A stretch of DNA of 64,000 bases from Octopus vulgaris (lineage: Eukaryota). Shown here piece after piece: positions 1 to 11,833 of the stretch (positions within the stretch are counted from its first letter, which is position 1; each line of letters opens with the position of its first letter). The notes under the pieces are model-generated. The model searched no databases and was not told the DNA's origin. It saw nothing but the letters and a program-made list of their open reading frames with translations. A program made the translations under genes and the position numbers. The DNA lies in assembly GCA_951406725.2 (NCBI GenBank), contig OX597837.1, positions 21,390,001 through 21,454,000 of the forward strand, written 5' to 3'.

Positions 1-1902
1 TGCATGGCTATGGGGGTCCACCAGAACAAAAAGGGTAATCAAAAGGGTTCATAGGTAATTAAAAAAATTGTTGAGAACCTCTGCTTCATATTTACACCAA
101 ATCTGGGTTCTTAGCTTCTGTCAAGTGATGATCTAACAAGGAAGTCTTTTTGTTCTCACTTTATTACATCAATTATACTTGCTTATCTTTGTATCGTTTA
201 CTTGTTTCAGTCGTTAGACTGTGGCCATGTTGGAGCCACCACCTCAAGCAATTTTTTGTCGAAGCAATTGACTCCAGTACTTATTTTGTTTTTAAGCTTG
301 GTACTGACTCTTATTGGTCACTTTTGCCGAACCGTTAAGTTACAGGGATGTAAACACGCCAACACCGGATGTCAAGCTGTGATGGGGGTACGAACATAGA
401 CAAAGACACTCACAGCTTGAAGATCTGTCTTATGTATTGAAATTCTCGACTGCTCTGTTAGGTTTGTGGAGATAGCTGTTCAATCCAGTCAGCCCGAACC
501 TTCCTGAACGATGATTAAAAGCATTCTGACCCCCCCCCCATATTTACACAATCCAATGTGTCTTTCCTGTTTTAAAGCATTATGTGGAACTAAACTAAAG
601 TTCAAATCACACCCAGCTCAATTCTTGAGATCAATCCTTGGGATCAATAAAAATAAACAACTATAGGGGGTGGGTTTAATATCAGTAACCTCCTTTTCTC
701 CTTTCAATTTTATGGTTTTCTACTAATATAAAAAACAAGCATGGCTGTGTGATAAGAATATTGGTTCCAGGTTCAGTCCCACTGTGTGTCACCTTATACT
801 ATAAGCCTCAGGCCGACCAAAGCCTTGTGAGTGGATGTGGTTGACAGAAATTGAAAGAAGCCCATAGTATATATTGTTTGTGTTTGTCCCCCCACCACTG
901 CTTGACAACTAGTGCTGGTGTGTTTATGTCCCCGTAACTTAGCAGTTCAACATAAGGGACTGATACAGCAAGTACCAGGTTTTAGAAAATAAGTACTGAG
1001 GATGATAGATTTGGCTAAAATTTCAAATTGCATGGCCGCAATTTTAGTGAAACAACTAAAAGATAATTATTAGAAAAGCATTTGACAAAATATCTTTTGT
1101 ACTTTGGTGCATCCCATTATAAAATGAGTTCAAATATTGCCACAGTTAAATTTGTCTACTGCTCAGAGTGGGGGTGGTTGGAAGCATAGAATATATCAGT
1201 GTTAGTGCCACATAAAAGCACCTGGCACTTGGACAGCTCTCTGACTGACCAACTCCTGTCAAACTGTCCAACCCATACCAGCATGGAAAACAAACATTAA
1301 ACAACGGCAATGGCAACAAAGAAGAAACTCTCCCTCAAAATTAGTAGCTTAGGATCTGTCCCAGAAATTATTATTTTAGTAGTGTTATTATTGAGGTTCA
1401 ATGGTTGGGTAGAATTATTAGCACATTGGGAAAAATACCTTGTGGTATTTCTTCTGGCTGTTTACATTTCAAGTTCAAATCCTGCTTTGGTCAACTACAC
1501 TTTTCATCCTTCCAAGATCAATAAAATAAAGTAGAGGGTGGGGTAAATGATATTGACTATCCCTCTCTCCTGCATTTTAAAACTGCTGGCTTTGTGCCTG
1601 AATTAGAAACCATTATTATTATCATTAGGATTGGCAGAATCATTAAAGCATTGGGGGGAAATTACTTTTATTTGTTCTGGTTCTATGTTTTGAGTTCAAA
1701 TCCTGCTGAGGTCAGCTTTGTCTTTCATCTCTCCCGGGGTTGCTAAAAGAAAGTACCAATCAAGTATTATAGGCTGATGTAATCAAGTGCCCCTACTTTC
1801 AAAATGGCTGGCCTTGCACCTAATTTAGAAACAATTGTTGTTGTTGTTGCTGTTGTTCTGTAATATACTGGTACTTCATGTGAAATTATTGGTTTTCTAT
1901 CT

Positions 1903-1967
1903 AAGAAACCATCATAACTTGCATCATTCTTGAAAAGAAACCATCATAACTTGCATCATTCTTGAAA
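1903..1967. repeat. Perfect 32-bp tandem duplication
   Basis: aagaaaccatcataacttgcatcattcttgaa occurs twice in tandem. Confidence 0.9.
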
Positions 1968-2490
1968 TGTCACAAGAGAAGAGGAGAGTTAAGAATGGAG
2001 AGAAAGAGAGAGCGAGCAGTCCTGAAGTAGAGTAGAAAGAATGGCATTATTGAGTGGTGGTTCTGTCTTCTAGTTTTGCCTGTGGGCTATAATGAGTAGA
2101 GGGCATTTGACTGGACTACTCTAGGACTGGAGTGGAATACTTCAAGAGTGCTGCAATTTCTGTGAATGCCATATCAACTCACCACACTCTTTCTCTATTA
2201 TCCTAAAGCCATTTTTTATAATTTGTCGACCTCGTTTTTCTGTGTCAGTGTTCCCTGGGGGCTTTTCTTTTTATTATGGGTGATATATTAGCAAATGATG
2301 TCATAATTGCTCTACATTTTTTTTGTTTGTCTTTTTCTTTTCATCTCCCCCCACCCACCCCCATGCTGTCATGGGTTGGACAGCATCTGACCATTTGTTT
2401 GTGTTCCCTCATTATCTGATATTCACACAATAAGAGAGAATATCACCAGTTTTTGTGCTTGGCTTGGCTTTTTCTCGTAGGTTTGATAAA

Positions 2491-2718
2491 TTAACCCTTT
2501 CATTACTGTATTTATTTTGAGATGCTCTGTGTTTCTTTCAATTACTTTAAATATAACAAAGAATTTAGTAAAATAACTTAGTTATCATTCAGCTAGTATT
2601 AGGAACATAAATTGTGACAAAGGTTTGGTGGAAGATTTTAATTCAAAACTTATGTAAACAAGACATTTGTACTCAGAGCCAGAGCCGGTTTTAGCCAGGT
2701 TGGTAACAAAAGGGTTAA
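2491..2718. mobile_element. TTAA-flanked (piggyBac-type) MITE family D, ~220 bp; other copies at 16277-16505, 31904-32130, 43492-43719, degenerate ones at ~24150-24360 and ~42460-42690
   Basis: TTAA|CCCTTT(C/T)GTTAC...GTAAC(G/A)AAAGGG|TTAA termini and near-identical dispersed copies in both orientations. Confidence 0.85.
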
Positions 2719-3888
2719 ACAAGTTATTATCATTATTATTATATGCTGGTGACAAGATCAGTTGACTAAAACTCTCTACAAATTTGTGGTGGACCAATGA
2801 AAATTTTTATATATTTTGGTTTTAGCAATTGCAGCTAAATATAGCTAATATGACACTATGCCATTTTAATCCTTTAGCATTCAGATTACTCTGTTAAATG
2901 TAATGCTTATTTATTCACATGGTTCTTAATTAACCATGCATCATCTTGTAGCTTTGAGATTTAAATGATATGATTGTTTATTACTAGAATAATATTGTAG
3001 GGTAGGTGTCAGAGGTCAGATCTGGCCAGTTTTAACATAAAACAGGTAAAATATTTGTGCCAGGTATGGTCAGTTTAAATGCTAATGAGTTAAAGAAGGG
3101 AAGGGCATATTGAGTACAGTGTTTTGTGGAGGGTGAGTAAAATTGAAAAACAAACAAACTGGATCATTGTTTTGTTTTAAAAAAAAAAAAAAGTAGGGAT
3201 TGTCATTGTTGGAACACCTTTGATCGTAGGCTACCTACATGAATCTTAAGATTGATCTTGAGATAAACAAATAAGACCAGATTGTGGCCTTGTGCCAATG
3301 TAAGAATTCATTATTGGAATGGCTGATAAATAAATAATTATTGATTCAAAAGTAATCTTTAATAATAATAATATTCTTTTTCTTTCTTGTTGGCCTAAAG
3401 CCACAAATTTTTTGGACAGAGACTGTCGTCATCATCATTATCATCATCACCACCACTACCATCATTTGATGCTTGTTTTTTTTCATATTTGCAGGGTTTG
3501 GGGTAGGCGCTTTTCCAGCACATTGTCTTGCCACTTGTAGTCATTTAATATCCCCCTTTAGCATTTAAACCAGCCGTATCAGGCCCAATATTCAACCTGT
3601 TTTGTGCTCAAACCAGCCAGATTTGGCCTCTTGTACCTGTCTTACAATGTCATTCTAAAAATAAACAATTACAGCATTGAAATCTTGTAGCTTCAAGACA
3701 ATGCATGATTAATTTTTTTAAATGTGAATAAATAAACATTACATTTGACAGAATAAACTGAATATTAAAGGATTGTGGCTCAGCTAGCTTCGTGTGATCT
3801 TACCTCACCATTTCTTCCTGTGCCATCTTTGTCCCCCCCCCTCCTCCAGAAGTTCCTTCTAGTTTGATAATTTAACACTTCCTATCCT

Positions 3889-4262
3889 TGGTGTAGCATG
3901 CAAGAGAGAAAGAAGACATGATGTGTGTGGAGGATCACAATCATCATTTAAAGTCCATTGTCCAGGCTGGCATGGATTGGACGGTTTGACTAGAACTGGC
4001 AAGCTGAGGGTCTGCACCAGATTCCAGTCTGATTTAGCATGGTTTCTATGGCTGGATGCCCTTTCTTGGAGTGGTTGGCACTAGGAAGGGCATCCAGCTA
4101 TAGAAACCATTCCAAATCAGACTGGAGTCTGGCACAGCCCCTCAGCTTGCCAATCCCAGTCAAACCGTTCAACCCATGCCAGCATGCTTTACACACATTA
4201 AATGATGATGATGACCTTCCACACACACATCATACCTTCTTTCTCTCTTGCATGCTGCACCA
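3889..4262. repeat. Inverted duplication with ~180-bp arms and a ~14-nt loop
   Basis: The arms include family C sequence and the flanking non-repeat sequence (tggtgtagcatgcaagagagaaagaag / cttctttctctcttgcatgctgcacca). Confidence 0.85.
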
Positions 4263-4696
4263 GATGTGCTCTGTTTATCCACAGCAGTATCACATGTCCA
4301 GATAGAGCATGCTTGTTTCATTTCGTTCCAGCCTTTGACATCATGCTGCATTACTTCAAACACAAGCTGTGTTTTAATCTGCTCTGTAATTAAATTGATT
4401 CCAGTGTAATAAGGGAACTTCTATTGTATGGACCAACACAAACTTGTTCTTAGTTGCGTTTGAACTCAGAACCAAGGTGGCCAAGTCTGCGACAGCATTC
4501 CTCTTCACTGATATAATGAATGCCACCACTAGCTGGTTGTTAGTGCTTTCATACATTACATATTATCAATAATAAAAAAAAAAAAAAAAATCATTTCTAA
4601 CCATTTGCTAGATCCCAATTAATTGCAAAAGGTAAAATAACAATCTTCCAGTGTTTGCGTATCAGGGGCTAAAGCTTCTTGAATCTAAGTCTATTG

Positions 4697-4756
4697 GCAG
4701 ACCCATGTCACTGCCATAATAAAGTTTTTTTTTTAAAGACAATGTTCATGCTGGAA

Positions 4757-4799
<43 letters not shown>

Positions 4800-6201
4800 G
4801 TTTTTTTGGGGGGGTGGGGTTGGAATATTGGCTCTCAAAGTACTTCACATTAAGCTAAATATTAGGCTAAAAACTTCTTTTGGACAGACACTAGAACTGA
4901 AACCTGGAGACATGATATATCATCATTGTTGTCATCATCATCATCATCATATAACTTTCCCACCTGGCATAGGTTGGATGGTTTGACAATTGTGAATGTG
5001 CATACACACAGATACACCCTTTATTAGGAGATGAATCTCCTTGGAATATTATACCAAGTTTCATATTGCTAATTAATTAATTATTCATATGATTCAAAGA
5101 GAGAAGCAGAAAACTTAGATTCAAGAAACTTCAGCCCTTGATACACAAACACTGGAAGATTATTTTACCTTTTGCACTTAATTAACTTGGGATCTAGCAT
5201 ATAACTAGAAATGATATTTCTGCCTTTTTTTTCTTTCTATTTATTGACAATTTATAATGTATGAAAGTAGACCAGGAGACATATACACGCATGCAGCATG
5301 AGCAAACCTACACAGATTTATACAAACACTCACATACACTCTTACACACACACACACACATTCAGTAAATTATTCTTTGTTTTAAGGTTTGTGGGTGGAC
5401 ATTTCTACAGAATAAAGCCAATGGTGTTAGCAGTGAATACATTGATTTCAATAAGTGAATCTCTACAAGGTCATTAACATGCTTGAAGCAACAGTCATGC
5501 CTCTCTGAAATCACACCCCACTGTCTCCGATAATTTTGTGAATGCATGTGGTTCTTTACAAGTATGTTTGCATGCCAGTATACTTTCTTATTTATGCATA
5601 TGTGTACATGGGTGCATGCATTTATCTATCTATGGATAGATAAACTTGCGACAAAAAAGTTGAAATGTATATGTTGCTGACAGTTTTACAGAGTTTGGGC
5701 TCAAAGAGAGAAAAAGAAGCAAAAGTTGAAATTGGCAATAATTCTTTACTCCCAGATTTGTGATTCCCAATATCTAATACAATTACTAAGTAAACCTGTT
5801 ATGGCAGAGGTGCTCCTACTGAAATTTCACTCTTTCTTTTTGTATGTGTAGGACTGTTCTATACACTGTACAGTTGAAGGAATTTGGCTGCTCTTTTAGG
5901 GCCAAACAACTACAAAAAGCTTCTGATAGACAAACCCATGTCACTGCCATAATACAGTTCTTCTTTTAAGACAATATTCATGCTGGAATATATATATATA
6001 TATATATAAAATTCTTTTTTGGAATATTGGCTCTCAAGGCACTTCACATTAAGCTATTAATAATAGTATGTTTATACTAGGTTAAAAAATTCTTTTGGAC
6101 AAACACTAGGACTCAAACTTATATTTCTTGTAGATGTGATACATCATCATCATCATCATATAATGTCCACTTTCCAACCTGGCATGGGTTGAATGGTTTG
6201 A
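4697..6201. repeat. Old local direct duplication (~4697-4986 and ~5929-6201)
   Basis: Colinear blocks cccatgtcactgccataata...ggaatattggctctcaa...cttttggaca...cctggcat in both copies. Confidence 0.8.
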
Positions 6202-6280
6202 TATGAGCTAGCAAGCTGGAGAGTTACACTAGGTTCCAGTTGTCTGTTTTGGTATGATTACTATGGATGGATGCCCTTTG

Positions 6281-6386
6281 TATGTGGCACTAGCACAGGT
6301 GTGTTTTATGTGACACTAGCACAGGTGTGTTTTATGTGACACTAGCACAGGTGTGTTTTTTGTGGCACCAGTGCAGGTGCATTTTA
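6281..6386. repeat. 26-bp minisatellite x4 derived from the family C internal unit
   Basis: atgtg(g/a)cactagcacaggtgtgtttt repeated four times. Confidence 0.8.
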
Positions 6387-6593
6387 TATGTATATCCTCC
6401 TCCTCATCATCCTTTAACATTTGTTTTCCGTACTGGCATGGGCTGGACAGATAGACCCAAGCGGACAAATTGGAGAGCTGCCTAGGCTCCCGTCCAATTT
6501 GGTTTGGTTTCTACAGCTAAATGCCCTTGTCAACCACTTTACAAAGTGTGGTAGGTGCTTTTAACATGGCACCAGCACAATATATATATATAT

Positions 6594-6627
<34 letters not shown>

Positions 6628-6835
6628 ATATAATTCGAGACAAAACCACTATTTTAAAACCAAACAAGAAAAGACTTAATCAATACATAAAATTTTAATA
6701 TAAATTAAATAAATAAATAAAATTAAATTATATTATATAATATTTTACTATAAAATTGGATTTAACCCTAAATCTGATTTTTCCCTGTAATTTTGGATTC
6801 ATTCCCTAATATTTATTATTATATATATATATATA

Positions 6836-7194
6836 TTACCTTGACCGACCAGTCCGTCAGGCATCCATTTGACACCGCTGGTCACAGCACGCTGTCCGCT
6901 CCTCTCTGGATCGTGCCTTTCTCATCCATGTGATGCCAATCGTCCTCCTGAAATTGTAACTCCACCGTTGTGGAGATCTTCCGGGTGGTCTTTTCCGCTC
7001 GCATGGGTACCACTCGATAACTGTGTGGGTCCACCGATTATCGAACAGATCATCAGAAGCATCGACTGGCAAGGCGGTGTCAACATCAATGGCGAGCTCC
7101 TCACCCATCATACTCATCGCTGAAAACATGGATCAGCTTCAGACCATGCTGACGGAGCTCGACATCAAAAGCTCTGCAGTAGGTCTCAAGATAT
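6836..7194 (-). mobile_element. RTE-clade LINE fragment with an inverted 5' segment
   Basis: The minus strand 7042->6857 encodes an RTE C-terminus (DNRWTHTVIEWYPCERKRPPGRSPQRW) plus a short 3' tail. The plus strand 7043-7194 encodes RT core EQIIRSIDWQGGVNINGELLTH/ILIAENMDQLQTMLTELDIKSSAVGLKI with the expected LRFADD segment missing. Confidence 0.85.
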
Positions 7195-7242
7195 ATTATA
7201 TATGGTCTCAAGATATATTATATATGTGTATGTATAATGTGA

Positions 7243-7585
7243 AGGCGCATGGCTCAGTGGTTAAAGTGTTCAGTTCACATTCATGAGGTTGTGAGTTTGA
7301 TTCCTAGACTGGGGGCTGTGTGTTGTGTTCTTGAGCAAGTCACTTTATTTTACATTGCTCCAATTCACTCAGCTGTAGAAATGAGTTGTGGCGCCTCAAG
7401 CTGTATTGGCCTTTCCCTTTCCTTTGGATAACTTCAGTGGCATGGAGAGGGGAGGCTGGTATGCATGGGTGACTGCTGGTCTTCCATAAACAATCTTGCT
7501 CAGACTTGTGTCTCGGAGGGGAACTTTCTAGGTGCAATCCCATGGTCATTCATGACTGAAGGAAGTCTTTACTCTTGCCCTTTCA
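7243..7585 (+). mobile_element. tRNA-derived CORE-type SINE (related heads at ~9313, ~31573, ~49224 and minus ~28410-28615)
   Basis: TGGCTCAGTGG A box, GAGTTTGATTCC B box and ttgtgttcttgagcaagtcactt CORE-like block. Confidence 0.7.
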
Positions 7586-8061
7586 CCCATACACACACAC
7601 ACATATAGATTATATAACCAGGAATTGCTACAAGTTGCCACCTAGACTAGTCCAACTTAATGCATGATTGGGCCAGCAGTAAGCAAACCATTTAGTCTCT
7701 ATAAGTTTGATTGCTTTTAGAAACCCTACCAGATGACAAACAATGCCTTTCAGAAAGTAGATGAACTCAAGAGGGTCAACAGTCATTCAAAAGTGTTTGT
7801 ATATGCATGTATACATTTGTAAAATCCACGTAGGAGATAGATGTTTTCAATTGAAATCTGCAGTGTTTGTAGTTTCTGTCCATCTCTCCTGTTTTAGCTT
7901 GTTGCCAACTTAACATCTTCAAACTTTAACCTTTTAGCATTCAGATTTCTCTGTCAGATGTAATTGCTTATTCACATTGATTTGAATTAGTTGTGCATTA
8001 TCTTGTAGCTTTGGAATTTCAATGATGTGTTTATTTTGAGTAATATTATAGGGTGAGTGTG

Positions 8062-8362
8062 GAGGTGCAATGGTCCAGTGGTTAGGGCAGCGGACTTGCG
8101 GTTGTAGGATCGCGGTTTCAATTCCCAGACCGGGCGTTGTGAGTGTTTATTGAGCGAAAACACCTAAAGCTCCATGAGGCTCCGGCAGGAGTGGGGTGGG
8201 GTGGCAATCCCTGCTGTTCTCTTTCACTGCAACTTTCTCTCTTTCTTCTGTTGGCCTGCTTGCTTAGCCAGCAGGGTGGCGTCATTTGAAGGCTAAGACA
8301 ATGCGAAGCGCATTGTGACCAGCGATGTGTAGCAACAACTGATAGCCTGGTCAGTCACGGTG
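8062..8362 (+). mobile_element. tRNA-derived SINE with an RTE-like 3' tail, inserted in a family E MITE
   Basis: A box TGGTCCAGTGG and B box GGTTTCAATTCC. A 17-bp TSD attatagggtg(a/g)gt(g/a)tg lies at 8045-8061 and 8363-8379. Confidence 0.8.
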
Positions 8363-9953
8363 ATTATAGGGTGGGTATGACAGGCCAGATCTGGCCAGTT
8401 TGAACATAAAACAAGTAGAATATTTGTGCCGGATGTAGTCAGTTTAAATACTAAAGAGAGTCGTTCATGTCATACTGTGATTGTCACTATAAAATTTGAT
8501 ATGCAGTTGCTCTTGCTTCTCCCCGCTTTCCTGCAAGTCAAGACTTGGTCTTCTTGGAACCACAAACAGACAGTGGCTTTTTTGTTACTGTGGTCAGAGT
8601 ATCTGACAAGGTGCTAGTGACAATAAAAAGTTACTGCTATTTAAATTCTTTCATCACTCATGATGGCATGAAAGAGAGCAGTATAGATGGGAACAGTTAC
8701 AACTCTCTTGTTGCCTGTCTGCAAGTGCAAACCCCTCAAATCAGAGTGGCCATTCCAGAACATCTCCCCCATTCTCCTCCAGGGCAACACCTTTTCCATT
8801 TTGTTTGCTGGGGCCATGAGGTGGTCTGAGTTACAGGAAAGTGTATAAACAGATTTTATATTCTTTTCTACTCTAGGCACAAGGCCCGAAATTTTGGGGG
8901 AAGGGGCCAGTCAATTAGATCGACCACAGTACACAACTAGTACTTTAATTTATTGACCCCCGAAAGAATGCTAGGCAAAGTTGACCTCGCCAGAATTTGA
9001 ACTCAGAATGTAAAGACAGACGAAATAGCGCTAAGCATTTTGCCCGGCATGCTAACATTTCTGTCAGCTCGCTGCCTTGAAACAAATTTTATATTGTCCA
9101 TTGATGAAGTTACATTTAAGTAGAGATAAATACTTTACTAAGGATATACATTAATTATCATGTTTCAGTAACAATGTCATTATGTAGGAAACTACTTATA
9201 TCGGTAACTAGAGTTATAAAAACTGTCAAAAAGTTGTGAAATTAAATGCACATATTGAATAGTCTGGATATTGCTTTGAAGCACTATCAACATCTATTAT
9301 GTGTCTTTGGTGAAGGCACTGACTCAGTGGTTAGAGTGTTCACCTCATGATCTTAAGGTTGTGAATTGGATTTCCCAGCATTGCATTGTGTCCTTGAGCA
9401 AGACATCATCATCGTCATCGTTCAACGTCTGCTTTCCATGCTAGCATAGGTTGGACGAATTGACTGAGGACTGGCGAATCAGATGACTGCACCAGGCTCC
9501 AATCTTGATCTGGCAGTTTCTACAGCTGGATGCCCTTCCTAACGCCAACCACTCCGAGAGTGTAGTAGGTGCTTTTATGTGCCACTGGCATGAGGGCCAG
9601 TCAGGCGGTACTGGCAACGGCCACGCTGATGCTCTGGCAACGATCACGTTCGGATGGGGCTCTTAGCACTCCACTAGCACTTTATTTCGTATGCCTCCAG
9701 TTTCCTCTGCTGGCAAAAATGCGTCATTCCTTATTATTTCAAAAGGGCCAGTTTTGTCGCATTCCATGTGTCTTGCTGAATATTCCTGAGAACTCTTTTA
9801 AGAGTTCGCATGTCTGTGGAGTGCTCACCCACTTGCACGCTAAATTCATGAACAGGTTTCTCCGTTGATCGCACCAACTGGAACCCCTGTTTTGTAACTG
9901 GCAGAGTGCCAGTTATGTATCTTTGACATCATGGGTACCACTATTCCAGTAAT

Positions 9954-10341
9954 AAGGCGGCGAGCTGGCAGACACGTTAGCCCGCCGGGCGAAATGCTTA
10001 GCGTTATTTTGTCTGCCGTTGCGTTCTGAGTTCAAATTCCGCCGAGGTCGACTTTGCCTTTCATCCGTTCGGGGTCGATAAATTAAGTACCAGTTACGCA
10101 GTGGGGTCGATATAATCGACTTAATACCTATGTCTGTCCATGTTTGTCCCCTCTATGTTTAGCCCCTTGTGGGTAATAAAGAAATAGGTATTTTGTCTGC
10201 CGTTGCGTTGTGAGTTCAAATTCCACCGAGGTCGACTTTGTCTTTCATCCTTTCAGGGTCGATAAATTAAGTACCAGTTACGCACTGGGGTCGATATAAT
10301 CGACTTAATACCTATGTTTAGCCTCTTGTGGGTAATAAATA
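9954..10341 (+). mobile_element. tRNA-derived SINE family B (Meta-domain-like centre) with duplicated 3' half; about 30 or more copies in the window
   Basis: A box TGGCAGACACGTTAG, B box GAGTTCAAATTCC and central gcctttcatcc(g/t)ttcggggtcgataaattaagtaccag. A 20-bp TSD ggtaccactat(t/a)ccagtaat lies at 9934-9953 and 10342-10361. Confidence 0.85.
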
Positions 10342-11778
10342 GGTACCACTATACCAGTAATTTTAGTGCAAAAGTTCGTCATCCTTTAATAGTTGATGGC
10401 TCGCTCACACACACACACACACGTTTAGGGTTGATTGTCAGAAAATAGAATACTCAATGCCATAGTGTGTGTATATGTGCGCACACACACACACACATTA
10501 TAGATATATATTATTTTAGTTGAGTCAGTCACTTGCTATTCTGAGTCTTGCCAGGAGATTCAGTCTTCAGGCAAGTTATGACTGACGAAAATGATATAAT
10601 TTGCACGTCTATATACAGGATTCCTGTCATGTATCTCTACACACATATCATCATCATCATCATTTAATGTTCATGTTCCACGCTGGCAGGGGTTTTATAT
10701 AGCGTACACTCTCACCCACATATACACATACGAATGCCTGTATTTCTCCTTTTTCCATTCTCTCTCTCTCTCTCAGAGTCTCTCATTCTCTTTCTCTCGG
10801 TGCCTTAACCAAGAAATAAGGCTCTGTTGAATTTAAAACTTGATGTGCAGAGTCTATTATAATTTAATACAATTGACATTAAAAAGAAAGGAAGCTAAAT
10901 ATTGTATGATTGTTTCTCCTTGGGCAATAAAGTATTTAAATGAGCGTGCGTGTGTGTGTGTGTGTTGGTAAGGGAGCAGATGAGATGAAAAAAGGAAAAA
11001 TTAATGTTGCTAGGATGGGGCTTTAATTACAATCAATACATTTCCCTCGTTTATTCGTGCCTTCCTACTCTCTTCCAATTGCTTGTCATTTCTTCATCCC
11101 CACCCTCCACCCCTCATCAGCCTAGTTTTTAACAGAAAGCCAACGTCCAGATGTCATTTTCTATATTGGAAAGCTAGTATTTCTTCTGATGGCTACCTTG
11201 AATCAATTTTTAGCTACAAATAATCTCAGCCAGCCAGCCACTAAAGAAAGCAAAGATCAGCTTGCGTAGTATTTTGGTATATTTCGCCTTCACTTGCTAT
11301 ATGTGCCTCTGAGCCACACACACACACACACAAATCTCTCTCTCTCTCTCTCTCCCTCTCTCCTATACTGTCTGTCTTTCCCAATGATCTTGACTTCTCT
11401 AACCACACAGAGCCAGCCCTGCTGAGAGGTGTCCTTCGCACAGTTCTTACTTTTAAAGTAATCAATATAGTGCTTTTCTGTTTGTATTTCTTGTGCCACT
11501 CCTTGCTATCAGACTAATCAATAGTTAATGCTAACGTAAACTTTATAGCTAATAGACATTTCAAAGACAATTTATTTCACTCACACACACACACATACAC
11601 ACAATTGTAAATTCAGATTCTTCTCTGACTGTTTGCTAAATTTTTTATTTTTATGATTAGCAAATGAAGTTCCCTTAAATTCAATCTTCATTGTTATTTT
11701 ATCTATTTTTTAAATGCATTTATTATAATTATAATCGCTTTCCCTTTCACCTCAGGTTTGTTTTGTATACCACCACAT

Positions 11779-11833
<55 letters not shown>

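Noticed and set aside
8062-8135. Genuine tRNA genes at SINE heads (also 7243, 30985, 49224)
   Set aside because: No proper acceptor stem, and each continues into a SINE body, with a TSD at 8062.
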